A stretch of DNA of 64,000 nt from Phoronis australis (lineage: Eukaryota > Animalia > Phoronida), in assembly GCA_002633005.1 (NCBI GenBank), contig NMRA01000095.1, positions 840,401 to 904,400 of the forward strand. Direction: 5' to 3'. Positions 39,791-53,585 of this stretch are shown in pieces (within the stretch, counting starts at the first letter, position 1; each line of letters begins with the position of its first letter). The position numbers were made by a program, and so were the translations under genes. The notes beneath the pieces were generated by a model, which saw only the letters and a program-made list of their open reading frames with translations, was not told where the DNA came from and made no database searches.

Positions 39791-41687
39791 TCTGCACGAA
39801 TGCACAATTCACAGGTCTGGACGCCAGCCTACCCCGCTTTTTAGTCGCCATTTCAGTTTTCAGTAAACTGTCCACATACTGGAATATTCGAGCCCATATT
39901 TTAGGCTGGATGCGCGCACGAAGACAGAATGGGACTCAGTCTTGACTCGTGAAGACTGGCAGGGACAGTGTAGCCTATTAACTACACTTTATTTCAACCC
40001 GGCCTTGTGCGTGTTTCCGATGGGCGAGGTTCAGGCGCAGCGGCCGTAAACTTTTCAGTTGCGCTCTGATTCGATCCTGACACAGATTTGATGAATGTAA
40101 AACGGCTGATAATTAATAAATATTCCTACTTCATATTCTGTTTAAATAAAATTGCAATAACGTACTTTTTCCGTCTTCGTAAGACATGCGAGCAATTTCT
40201 CAAGCGCATTAAATCCAAACAAAATGTTTTAGTACCCGAACGTTGTTTTCGGTATAGGTACACCACTGTGTGCATCTAATAACCAAAGTATTGTTCGTTT
40301 TTGCTTGTAAAAGTATAAAAATTACTCTTGAGTTGTAAATTTTAGATCTTTTCGCTGTAGTGAACCTTTGAAACTAAATATTTCTGTTCGAGTAGATATA
40401 ATCTATAATTTTGGCACGCATACAGCTGATACGAAAGTTTGGCAGGAGGTAACGCGAGAACGTTCTGGACCACATTACACCCGGCGAATTTGAGTCCCGC
40501 TCTTTGCGAGCAACCGCCACAGCATCCTCATTTCCGGTATTACNATTTCGGTAGATTTTTTTTCTGACACTAAGGGATGTTTGAAGATGCCATTTATGCA
40601 AAAAAACCTTCTGTTGCAATTTTTTCTAGGTTGGGCCCTCTGGAGCCCTAGAATGACTGGACTTAATTACGTCTCGTCTCAGAAACATAGAGCCGAGAGT
40701 CATCGTTGTGTATACAGATCCCCCCCAAATGAGCCACGTCAACTGAGGACCTAACTGAAAACTCCACAGTGTTGACGTTATCAAAGGCCCCGTTCAAAAA
40801 TTCGAACCACCCCTCGCACAATGCTGCACCCGTAAGTGAGAGGACCCTGTACCTTATTTGATGATTACACACCTGAAATGGAAAATACACCTCGGGAGTA
40901 ATATGGTATAGTGGTCCTAGTTTGGCATATAACAATCCGTACGTGGCCATTTATTCGATTCAGCGTAGGTGACTATTGGTTGTTTTAGAAATTAGTTTTG
41001 GTAGCTATTCAAATTGTCAATTTTATTTAAACTGAGTTGTAATTTATAACGTGCTATAATACTGTACGTGGATATATTTTTAATTCCTTTTTTAATCAGG
41101 AAATATTCATGGAGATAAAGAACTTGTTCACTCTTGAAGGTCGAAAAAATTGAGGTCTTGCAAGCACATGACTTAGTACTTGTAAGTCGGGGACAATTTT
41201 CTAAACTAATGGCCATTTTCATTATCGAAACTGCAAATGCTCTTTTTGATCACAAAATACACTTTGGTAAGAAGTGAGCAATGTGCCACGGCAAAATATC
41301 AACAATTTATGACAATGAACATGACGAACAAGTGAAACTTCAAAGATATGTGGCACCAGACAAGATTTTGAAAATTTATAGACATACGACAGAATGTTAG
41401 CAGCCTTTGAAAACGAAAAAGGCAATCTTGACAATTATTATTGCTGTTCGAAAATGGTGCCATTTTACCGTAACCCACGCATGCACTCTCTCACACACGT
41501 GTTCACATAATACATGCATTGTTTCATATACATGAGTTTAGAAAACGGACGGATGACATGTGCGGGTTTAACTAATGGGGGTGATTTGTTTGTGTAAGAG
41601 AGTCAGAGAAAGTACCTCAATTATACTCTCCAGTCTTTCGATCCAGAATAGTGTGTATGTTGCATTCAGTATTGTCACGACTCATGG

Positions 41688-42213
41688 ATTTCTATGAAGT
41701 AGTATCAATTTATATGAATATTTGCGTGATTCAATGCAAATTTTCTATGAAGTAATATCATTTTATATGAATATTTGCGTGATTCAATGCATATTTTCTA
41801 TGAAGTAGTATCAATTCATATGAATATTTGCGTGATTCAATGTATATTTCTATGAAGTAGTATCAATTTATATGAATATTTGCGTGATTCAATGCATATT
41901 TTCTATGAATTAGTATCAATTTATATGAATATTTGCGTGATTCGATGCATATTTTCTATGAAGTAGTATCAATTTATATGAATATTTGTGTGATTCAATG
42001 CATATTTCTATGAAGTAGTATCAATTTATATGAATATTTGCGTGATTCAATGCATATTTTCTATGAAGTAGTATCAGTTTATATGAATATTTGCGTGATT
42101 CAATGTATATTTCTATGAAGTAGTATCCATTTATATGAATATTTGCGTTATTCAAAGCGTATTTCTATGAAATATCAATATATATGAATATTTGCGTGAT
42201 TCAATGCATATTT
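41688..42213. repeat. 52-53-bp minisatellite, ~10 copies
   Basis: Unit TTTCTATGAAGTAGTATCAATTTATATGAATATTTGCGTGATTCAATGCATAT. Confidence 0.95.
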
Positions 42214-43276
42214 ACACGAGTTAAGAATATTTATGTAGATTTCACAGCAGTTTGAAATTTTTTCCGTCTGCCTTAAAACACATAAAAAATAATATTTAAC
42301 ATAGTTTGAAATAGTGTAAAAGTATAATAACGGGACGAAATACTCTGGAACATCACCCAGGAATAATTGGCCACCACTCTCCCTGTTCACATTGGCACGG
42401 CGTTTTGGTCGGTGATATGTCTCGGCGAGCTGTCCTCAGGTGGTAATCTTTTTATGTGATTGCAATGAAAAAAAACATTCGGTGCCTTCGCCGTTTCAGT
42501 GCAGACTTTATTGAACACTTTTGTCTCAGCTCATATTTTACAAATTGTACGAGCAATTAAAACTGTATTAAATCCCTTTAATCGACATTGTCGAATAAAA
42601 AAAAAAGAGAGCCACCAGTGGCGGATAGCGAAACGCGAATTCGAAGCGCGTAGCGGCTAGCGGGGAGAATTTTTTGATTGGAAGCCAAATAGTGTAATTT
42701 CCTTGCATCCTGGCGAGTTTGTGACTATTAACGTGTCTCTCGAGTTTTCATAAAGATGCTTTAAAACTCTTCTCTATTTCGTCTCATGAATTCGGCTCAT
42801 AAGTACCGTTAAGGTAACCAGGTTGTACTTAAGTTCAAATATCTTAAATTCTGTTAGCCCTAAAGTATATATTTTGATGAAAGGTGAATAAATTTCTTAA
42901 CAAAATTTATTATTATTTTTATAAACTTGTCCTTGTTTTTTTACGATTTTCGTTTTCTTAGTATTTTTTTACTTTGAACAGAGATTTTAAGAACATTGTT
43001 CCTCCAATCATATTTATCTTTTGAATCAGTTTTTGCTCAAAATGCTCTAAGACGTCGATAATTAAAAAAACTAAGACCTACATCAAAAATTTGAGACATG
43101 GTTCCCTAAAAATGCCTTGTTTTTTATTTTTTTTTTGTTTTTTATTTTTTTGAAATTCTGTCTCAAGGAGATTGAAAGCTCCTGAACCCCCCACCTCCCG
43201 TACATTGGAACTGGAGAGTTCGAACCTACAGTGAAGTTGGGTGTCCCCAGAACGGACAGGAATGAGGTGTGCAACT

Positions 43277-43625
43277 GTTGTGCGTGAACTTATAATGTTG
43301 CTTAATCTCAAGATCGTGAACTTGGACTTGAATATTCATTTGGGCAATCCGGTGAATTTGTTCAGTGTAAAGAATTATATTGTAATTATTGGCCTCACGA
43401 ACACATATTTTCTCCTTTAACGTCAAAGAATCGGAGGAATGTGTGAATGGTTAAATCAATTATTGTTTGGTGCTTATGATCGCCAATGGTTGGAAAAATA
43501 TCGGTTAAAATTTGCGTTAGTCTATTAATTTGATTTAGAACAGTACAAATTTTTATCAACGTATATTCCAAGTTCACACATACGCGCTCTTGAGATAAAG
43601 CAAGATTCCAAGTTCACGCACAGCA
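43277..43625. mobile_element. MITE family A, copy 2, ending ~140 bp upstream of the GXYLT ATG
   Basis: Same TIRs and body (TGAATATTCATTTGGGCAATC.GGTGAATTT, TGTGAATGGTTAAATCAATTATTG) as 2934-3320. Confidence 0.75.
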
Positions 43626-43766
43626 CGACAACTTGTTGTTTCTTAAGAGGTGTCTCTACCAGTACTGTTGTGTTCTTTACAACAAAAGGTCGAATCGGCG
43701 TGTAGTTTACGGAAAGTTTAGTTCGCGAATATCTGTTTTCTTTACATATTTGCGATATGCTTTCAG

Positions 43767-46700
43767 ATGAGACGCAAAATGACATTGCTTTTCAAAATGG
43801 GGATCACAGTGATAGTTGTGATTGCAGTTGTGTTATTTTATTGTGTTCATGACGACCATGTAAGCAGTCAGAGTGCCGAGAAGAGAAATCAGGAGCGCCT
43901 GGTGGTAGTCTCTGATGAGTCTGACGTGCTGAGTGGTTTTGTTGGCGACGCACTCGACGAAGGAGTCGATGTCGATGCAAAACTCATAGATCAGGGGTTG
44001 AAAGACGAATCTAATAAGGTTAAATATATTTATCGTGTTAGTGAAACCCAAAATGGTGTTCCTGTCAAAACCGTACAAGGAGAAAAAAGTAAAGATTCAG
44101 AGAAAAGTGTCAAGAATCTACTGGACTCGAATCCGGTACTAAAAGCTAACCTGGAAGAAGTTGCTAAAAACATCAGACTGGAAGAAGATACTGAAACTCA
44201 ACAAAGACAAATGGTTTCAAAAGATCCTGAGAACCTGAAATCTGTCAAGAATGTGGCAGAACCCAGCAAGGAGGAATTGCAGCAACAGATTAGGTTATTG
44301 TGTTTCATTGAAGTTCCATTATTGCTCTGTTTGATAATTTTGATTGGTGAACAAGTTCTGTTTCTATTTTTAATGGTTGGACAAAGTACTTTGTTGTGTG
44401 GCACTGTTGTCTCCAGGGATTAGTTTTATTTTTTTAGTTTTATAGCCCCCAGCCCCCTTGTGGTGCACCACCCATAGACCATAGGCGACACGGCATTGAA
44501 GAAAGTGGGGGCTATGGCCCCCCACCCCGATGGTGCGCTACCCATGAACTATGCTAATGTATAGCAGGAACTAAATAACAATGCTATTTTAACATAATCT
44601 CTACTGTTGTATTCATTGACATCTTATGAATGTGACAACAAAAAATTCCGAAAATAAGGGACCTTTGCACTATTGACTTTCTTTGGAGACTCACATAGAC
44701 AACACCGGGTCACAATACTTAATGGACACAGTTCAGTGATTTGCGGTTGACCATTATCAACACAAATCTCATTCTTAAAAGTATTTGGTAATTTTCAGCC
44801 CTCTTCTTATCACATCGTCTACTCGTCGCCTTATGTTGTGTTTCTAACTAATTTGGCCAAGCAATCACAGAGATAAGGAATTAGCGTTCAAGCTCCACTT
44901 TAATGTTCTTGAACTAACACCAGTGTTGAAACTTTTATTTCAGTTCAGGGAATCCAAGTGTATTCCAGGATAAATATGTTCACCTGTCTGTGGTTGCCTG
45001 CGGCGACCGCCTTGAGGAAACTATGGTTATGCTCAAGTCTGCTGTACTACAAGCCATTAAACCACTCAGGTTTCATATCTTTGCTGAATCAGGTCTCCAT
45101 AGTCAGTTCAAAGAAGAGGTGTGTTCTGCAGCTTTAACTGTTTGATTACAACACAAGCTACGCTTTTGCATTTGTACCAGTGTTTAGAACCTCCATTTCA
45201 CCCTGGTTAGGTGGCTAAAAAACAAATTTTAAATTGGATTACGCCTTTTACTCTCATAAAAGGAGTCTCATGATGTACCTTATGGCTTCACATGGTATGA
45301 CTTAATTGCCATTGCCAACAAGAACATCGAAACCATCATTGACTCAGGATTGCAAATTTGAAATTGACACACACCCTTTCTTGAAAAAGAATATTAATTG
45401 TTCTATTTGAGTAAAACACCTAATTTAATTTTTGTTTGTAGCCGGCAAAATGCAAGTGAAATTGGTGTGGTATTTAGATGTTTCTTGCATTGGCGTATTT
45501 GGGGGGGGGGGAAGGGGCCCGGGCCACCCCCATGCAACTTTCAGGAGGCCTGTACACATACAACCACGCTTTGCCCAATTCCCCGAGGCACCATGTTGGG
45601 GCCCCCCCTTATGGTATCCTAGATCCGCCACTGTCAAGGTAGGTGGGTGATTTGGCTGCGTGTTCTGATGCAACATCTTTTGTGGCAAGCACCTGTTATT
45701 AGCTTTGCTTAGTGCTCCAAGATCAGATATGTGTCACCTCGGAACATTTGGGTTACATATGCTCCACTGAAGGTGACGACAATTGACAACTTCTTTCGGA
45801 CATATGTACTACCACTGTGCCTTGTGCTGACAATTCTATTTGTTATATTTGCATCCGTATCTGGTAAGTAGGGTTTTGTTTGGGAGATGACGAGTCCTCC
45901 CATTTTCTGATTGGTTCAATATTTTCTGCAGCATTCATATGACACTGATGAATTATCATAGAAGCATACCATTTGGGGTACAGTCTGGGTTCATTTCAAG
46001 GCTTTGAGTTGCTCATAAATGCATCTTGCAGGTCTGGCATTGAGAGTATTATGCGCCTCTTTTACAGCTTGAACGGTGGCCTGAATATTTTAGACATAAA
46101 GTAATCTATGACATTCATCCCATCACATTCCCTGAAGGAGAAAATGCTCAAGAATGGAAGAAACTGTTTAAACCATGTGCTTCTCAAAGGTTATTCCTGC
46201 CGGTAAGTCATAACTGGTGATCACTAAAAAAACTGAGGTAAAGTGACCTATGCTCACCTTGAGTGAACTTGCTTTTAAAAATATTTAATGTTCTCTTAAA
46301 AGGATATTAAACCCTCTGTTATGAATTGATATTAGTCATTCCTCATTGTCTCACGTGAACGATAAAAGCAATATTTGACTGAAAACACTTACTCACTGCA
46401 TCATACGACAGGTGTCTTGTGGTTGTTGTTATGTAGTCCATCCTATAGTTGCCATGTAATTCACCTGAAGTGTCAATCACACTTGCCAGTCTAACGACAT
46501 CGTAAAGAGTTTTCGAAGTTAACTTGCTCCCCAAACGTTTGAAGGCTGACGTGGATTCCACTTTTTAATGTTTTGTTAAAGAGCTAGATGGGAAAGTGGT
46601 TGTTGATATAGATCAGGTAATGGGTCAAAACCAGTTTATTGTTGGTTTAATGGTGTTTCCTTATTGAACTGCTGTAACCCCAGTTGAATATTTCCAAAAT

Positions 46701-49700
46701 GTACAAATGCTCGGTCTGAAAATTCACTCTAAGCTTTCCTGTAACACTTAGTCGGATATTTCAGTTCAATAATATTTGTTTTATTCATTTTAAGTGAATT
46801 AAAAACATTAAAAAGTACCCTGTAGTGAGTGGTATGTGCTCTCATATTGAATTTGGAAAATCTTTTCATTCAGCTTATACTGAAGACAATTGACGCCCTC
46901 CTGTACGTTGACACTGACATCCTGTTCATGCGTCCCATTGATGACGTCTGGGCCCACTTTGAGAAGTTCAATTCATCACACATTGCTGCTCTTGCGCCCG
47001 AACATGAAGATGCGGCAGCAGGCTGGTATAATCGCTTCGCCAGACATCCCTACTATGGAAAGCTAGGTAATCATAAAGACAGTTTAGATTAGCTATCTCT
47101 TGCCGCTGGATGAATATAGAAAATTACAAAGCAGGTTATTAAGTGACCATCCTGAGATTCTTGAGAGTTGCTGTTTGGAAGCACACAAAACAAGTTTTCA
47201 ATTAAGTTGGTGATGTTTCTCTGTGCGCAGACATTACTCAAACTGTGTGCATGGACAAGAGTTGAACAAATTTCCATTTCCGGGCCGTGACAGATGATGA
47301 TTCATTGTGACTCATCATACCGCGTACCCCGCCAAAATATTCCGGTAGCTTTAATGGTCATGGCGGGGAGTTTCACTTGCTCTCAGTTGCCATGACGAGA
47401 AATTCCAAATCATTTTGTTCTATTATTTTTGCATTGTACCATGTATAAGAATTTACTGAATGATGATTGGTTAACAAGTGGTTTAAACTTGATGTTTTAT
47501 AACTGTCGATTAGGTGCTTTTACCTTTGCCTGTTTTGACAATAAAATCTCTATGAAGTTGGATTTATAGTTAAAATTTCCCTTTACATTCTCTCTATATG
47601 ACAAATATTGATTAATTGGGAAGATATCCTCTGAAGAGCATCAAACAAATACTGCAGTCCGGTTAATCTTGGAACGAGTTATTATGTATACAGCAACGTA
47701 GCTCTGTGGAACTGAAACTCACCTTATACCAACTGCTACAGTGGAGGAAGTCAGTGTGGCCTTGTGGGATAATTGTCCGCTTCCTTTACTTAAGGCCGTG
47801 GGTTCAATCCCTATTGGGACACATTGCTAGACCCTTGGGTGAGGTCTATAGCTCCTCAGCTCAGTTTTAGTTATATATTAATAAAGCATACTGATGGTTG
47901 CAGGTGGTCAGTGCAATGGGCACACCTGAGTGGCTTGCCCATGCCTTTACAATGTGTGCCAGACTGCCTGCTATAATTATTGTTTATATTTTGAACTATT
48001 ACAGTCAATACTAAATTGCGGAATTGAATGTTTTTTATGTTCCATAATCAAAATAATCCGAGTTGTTCTTATTGTTGGACTGCAGGTGTCAACTCAGGTG
48101 TTATGCTGATGAACTTGACGAGATTGCGTGAGATGGACTTTGGGAAGATCATGATCGACTACTATAAAATTTACAAATACAACATCACCTGGGGCGACCA
48201 GGACTTGATCAATGTTCTTTTTCATAATTACCCAGGTACACTTTCAGGCTTTCTCATGATCAGTCAATTCCGTATTAACATTACGATGTTGAATCATGGT
48301 TTAAAGATTCTGTTGCCATTCTTTTACCGATTAAGGCGCATTTTCAACGAGACTGCACTTTTTTAAAATAAACTGGTAAACGTCAAACTTTGGCAAAGTT
48401 TTGATGCAAAAAAGTGAGACTTAACACTCATTGAATTGCGGAATCGATAGCTGGGCATAATGACGGCAAGTTAATCATCAACCAAAGTTCCTGCATTATA
48501 AAGAAACATGTTGTGGAAAAAGCTCTATCTTAATGTTGATTCTGACAGAGACTGCGACAAAGTTTGCCTGAGTCTGTCCAGTTTATTTTGAAAACTGCAG
48601 TGTGAACGAACCCTTTGTACCAGTGACATTATTTTGTGCTTTAATTTCTTTGAATGTCTGACAAAAGTAATTGGACAAAATATCGACTCTCTGGTGTGAT
48701 GACAAATTTAAATTCTGTTCACAGCAAAATGACTGGATATCATGGTAGCAAAATTTATCCTGCTAACTGAGACCAATGAAGTTCTGGTTTCTAAAGCAAC
48801 CGCTTTCGGTGTTATATTGCTGAAATCACAAGTCAGTGTTATCTCTTTATACTAGTTTTGAGCATGTGCAGGAAAGACTAGAAAACTTAAAATTTTCAAC
48901 ATGAAAAAAATGAAGTGTTTTAATGCATGTTGAAAAGCACAAAGCCGTCGTGATTATGTAGATATTGTTAAAACGTATGCTTGAAAAAATCATAAATTTG
49001 TGCTGTGATTCTTATTACTGTTAAATGGCGGAACTTTTTCATAAAAGTTTTGTTTGTTGTAGAGAAACTTTACGTGTACCAGTGTGATTGGAACTACCGG
49101 CCTGACCACTGTATGTACATGAGTGTTTGTAAAGATGCCGAGCATAACGGTGCGTCTGTGATCCACGGCAGTCGACAGACTTTCCATAATGACAAACAGC
49201 CCTCATTTAAAGCTGTCTACAATGCATTTGATAAGGTGGGTTGAATCATTGTGTTTAATAAGCCATCACCACTTACTCAAACCAGCAGAAAATTTGCATA
49301 CTGGTGCATTTCAAGCCATGTCTCAATTTGAAGTGTGGGATTTGTTATAACCATTGTGACAGTCAGTTGATTGATTATATATTCATGAAAGCTGTTCGTG
49401 ACCATTGTGCTTACATAGGCAGCATCAATGTGACATTTACGTACTCGAGGTCAGGTTTTCACTACGGTAAATGTGCTCCAGTTTGGACAGGTTCGAAAAT
49501 TTGATGTACCAAAGTTGAATGTTATTGATTTTGAAGACTTGAAATTGGGCAATTTTGGCATTCATTCACCGTATTTCTCAGATATCAGATGCTGCATTTT
49601 GCATCAAAAATAGATTTGGCAGTTCCTAAAATTTTTGAGAATGGCGACGTTTTCATTTGTACTGATAATACTCAACAATGAGACGAATGACCCTTGTAAA

Positions 49701-50919
49701 TCTTTAATTTGGTACGGCGTATATTGGCTATTCTAAAATTTGGTACGTCTGCCCTTGAGCCAAATTATTAAATTTTCACTATCCCGAAGTGGAGATTTTT
49801 CATCATTATTTAAGCAGTACCACCTTTGATATGACAGGACCCTACTGTTTGCAATTCATGGGCAATTTACAGGGTTCAGCTGATTTGGTGTGATTTAGGT
49901 GCATGCACAAACAATGTAAAATGAAATCTTTTCACCAGGGACGTCCGATCACATGGTACTGTAGGCTGTATGACAATTCCCTCTCGGTGATAAGGAGTTA
50001 TGATGAGTTGAGTGCAGCACGTTTCAAAATATGTTACTTGTCAAAATAGCTTGAAAGACGTGTAATGATGTTGAAACTTTAGCTAAAATTGTCATCGTGA
50101 AAGTTTGCAAGAAGAAATCATTGAGGTGAAGTGAGGTATTGAAAACTAGCTTTGACTGTTAAAAGGTGAAAATGACTTTCAGTGGTTAGTTTTGATAACA
50201 CAGGGAGATGGAATTGTTGAAATGAAGTGCAGGATTGACTTGGGAAGAGCCGTATTTGTGACGTGTAGGCCAGGATTGTGCTGGTGTAGTGGCAGTTGAA
50301 TTGCTTGCCTCGACAATGTAGTGTACTGATCAAACACAATGTGTTAAAAGGTGCAGGGCATTAATAGCATAGTGTGAATAAAAAGGTGAACGAATGACAG
50401 TACGTATTAGAAAAAATGGGAATGTTCCAAACCTAGCACTCCACACCAACGGTGCAAGGTGAAATGTTTACAGGTTTTAACATTGTGATGTGTTTTCTAT
50501 CACATTCAGCCTATTTTTCCTCCACCAGTGTGTACCGCTTGAAACATTTGATTTGATTAAAGTCATGTTTGTCATTGACTTGATATGACCAAAACTTCAG
50601 GTTAACACTGTTGTGTTTGGAACATAAACAAACTGACGTCCAGAGTTCAGCAGCATCTTCTGCAGTGGGTTACTGAACCTCTCATGTGTTGTGGCATAGT
50701 TGGATGATGGTTCATCACAAGTTATTATTACACCTGAAAAATGTTGATTTGTATTTCTTTTTATTCCAGTTCAAAATGGGGAATGACTTGACAGGACTGG
50801 TGACAATGATGAAGCAGTTACTAAAGGAGACCAGTGAGACACAATGTGGCAAAGTGGCCAACATATTCACTGATCAACTGGAGAGACATGTCAAGGGCAG
50901 GCGTGTACCCTCCGCATAA
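43767..50919 (+). CDS. GXYLT1: Glucoside xylosyltransferase (GT8, GXYLT1/2 / Shams-like). Exons 43767-44293, 44944-45118, 46068-46202, 46874-47066, 48086-48235, 49063-49235, 50770-50919
   Basis: Type II membrane anchor ([15 protein letters not shown]) plus long stem; [47 protein letters not shown] (DxD), [44 protein letters not shown]. Junctions are phase-compatible GT-AG. GXYLT1 versus GXYLT2 orthology cannot be resolved. Confidence 0.92.
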
Positions 50920-53354
50920 CGTGAACTTTTCTGGGAGGTATCTAGTCACTGCCAAACACACCGATTGACAACTTGGCCACTTTCCTGTTCTTGACCCAGT
51001 TAATCCTAAATTTCATGGGAGATAACTACAGCTTGAGAAATTGGCAGACGACGTGAAGACAGTTTTACCAAATCCCGAAAGAAAGACAAGTTTTACACAC
51101 TTTTTGAATCAATTACGGTGGATCGTTTAGATGTTGAATTGCAGTTGCTAAAATGGCTTCTAATCTGTTGCTGATGGAGGTTTAATTGGCCAAATTCAAA
51201 CCGATCTGATTCTGAATCAGAGTTTGAAATGTCAGACGTAGTATGTACTGGTCTGGTGGGGTTAAATTTCAACCAAAACCATTCACTGATGGTTGATAAT
51301 GTTTCACACCTTTATCTTGAACACTGTACCTTGTGAACACCCACCTCAATGTACTGTATGGTGTTATAGTTTTATTGCGATATTGGTGTATTTTATGTGA
51401 AAAATAATTGAAAGCAGGGTTCTCAGGGTTGAGTTTGCATGAACTGTATGATTAGGCCATTAATGATTGTTTTTATTTAAATGAGTTGGTTTGTGAATTG
51501 ATGCCCAGACTAACAGATGGGCAGCTGACAGGTTTGAACTGGTTCTGGATTTTGTCGCCTATAGCTATTGAGCCCCACCCACTTTTGCATGTAGTCCAGG
51601 TTCTGTAGTTCAGTGGAACTATTGTGTCGTTGCTCTGGACTAGTTTTGACCTTTGAAGCAAGATTTGGAATTTGTCTCCTTCTGAGTTTATTTAGTAGAA
51701 ACTTTTCAATATCTTACATGAACTGCGTTATGTTTCCCTGGATACTTGAAATGCCATTCCAATAAGATTGTTCATGGTCACTTTCAGTGGACTGCACTGA
51801 TATCAGATTCATACTCAATATCTTTATATTAGTGTGATCCACCGAAATAGTCCCTAAACATTCCTCTTTACATTTCAAACATAAGCAATATTTTTGAAAT
51901 CATACTGCTATGCCAGTCATTTTGTGCCTCTGGTTTTGAACTATATTTTTTCTTGAGACAGTATTCCACAAACTTAGGAAAGATGCTCACTCCAAGCTAC
52001 ACACCAAATTATTAAGAATTTCTCACTTAATACATTCAGATATAGAATGTCTATGTTGGGTTGCGATGTGTGTGACGGCTCAACATGTAAATATTAATAT
52101 ATTATAACCTGCTAGAGTTCACTGGCTTCTGAGTCAGTTGTTAATTTGGGTTTGTGTAAAAATCGGTTTGAAGGTTTTTGAAAAAGATAACACTCATCCA
52201 ATCTTGACCAATGGGCTGCTTAGGCTAGGCAGATTACCAGCAAAATGCACCATTTTAGAATTTGCCAAACCCAGTAAATTAAAGTCTGAAGCGTTTTGTT
52301 GAGAAACAGAAAAAGAATAATGTCGTGGTATGGAATATTATGAGACCAATTTTATAAAAGGAAAGGAATTTGATTGCCGTATTTTATTCAGCTAAACTAT
52401 ACAAAATATACATGTACAACAAAAAGTAAGGGTCTTTGAATTTTTGGAGACTCGATATAGAGCTTCATTAACGTCGTTCTTTCTGTCAAGAAACTAAGTT
52501 TTTATTAATTCCCGTTTCCGTTATAAAATTGTTCTCATCATGTTTCTTACTCAGTTTAGAACTGATCTCTGGCCTTGGGAAGAACTGGTATTTGGTTATT
52601 TTGGCAGTTCCTCATTTCTTTTAGACATGCGCAAGTTGGGACGACCTGGGGAGATTCAGTTGGCGAAGTGGAATTTTATTGTGCCCATCATTCATGTCAC
52701 AGTCTACCTTCCTTTGGATTGGCTAGTGACAAATTTTAGTAACACAACTTTTACATCTGATTGGAACGTTGTTATTAGTTAAAGCTACATGTTGAAGCGA
52801 TTACAACTAAATGCGACACACCTACTGCTTCGGTTACAGTCAAACACCACAGACTATGATAAAATTACTGTAGAGGCTACATAATTCAAGTTTCTAAATC
52901 TCAAACTACAAAGAGGTTGTCAAGGACATACACTGTACGCGAGCTTGACGTAAAGAGTGTTTACGACACAGCAAGTAGTCAAAGTGGTCTTCCGTTGTAT
53001 TACTTTTCGGGTAACTCAGTGGTGACCTCTTCCACCTAAGCACAGCAACAATGTCTTTGACACTAACTCCACAAGATGGCGCCCGGTAAACGTCGGTTGA
53101 ACTCAAGACCGGCAGGCAAAGATGGCTTGTGCCTCAGGAGGATGATGACATGAGCTGCGTTATTGACCGCTTCTGAAGGATCTTAGTCTTAGCTCTGTTT
53201 GCCGTGCCATCTAGCAACTTGTATATTTGTATTTGTAACAATTAAAAGTACAATTCCACAAAATTTCAAGTGTTCTTAAGCAACATTGATTCATTGGATT
53301 AGTCATTGAATCAACCGGGTTACAGATTTAACCGAACAATAAGCAAAACACTCA

Positions 53355-53585
53355 AAACAGCTTATTATTTAAAATGAGTTATTCTTATTAAAATGACATA
53401 GGCAAAAATGAATTTCAGGCCTCAAAAGCGAGGCCCCTATATTAATATAGGGGCCCCGCCGAAAGGCGGCCGGAGAGCGGGGCCACCTATATAAATATAG
53501 ATGGCCTCGCTTTTGAGGCCTGAAATTCAATTTTTTGCCTATGTCATTTTAATAAGAATAAGTCAATTCAAATAATCAGCTGTTT
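53355..53585. repeat. ~231-bp inverted repeat (foldback) with a branched GC-rich centre
   Basis: Arms TTATTCTTATTAAAATGACATAGGCAAAAA..TGAATTTCAGGCCTCAAAAGCGAGGCC and its reverse complement, extending with mismatches to AAACAGCT / AGCTGTTT. Confidence 0.9.

Noticed and set aside
41688-42213. Regular repeats superficially like a CRISPR array (also 4436-4760 and 15388-15537)
   Set aside because: Units are contiguous with no unique spacers, there are no cas genes, and the context is eukaryotic.
44294-44423. Second hydrophobic segment at the end of ORF 43767-44423
   Set aside because: Read-through into the intron past the donor at 44294.
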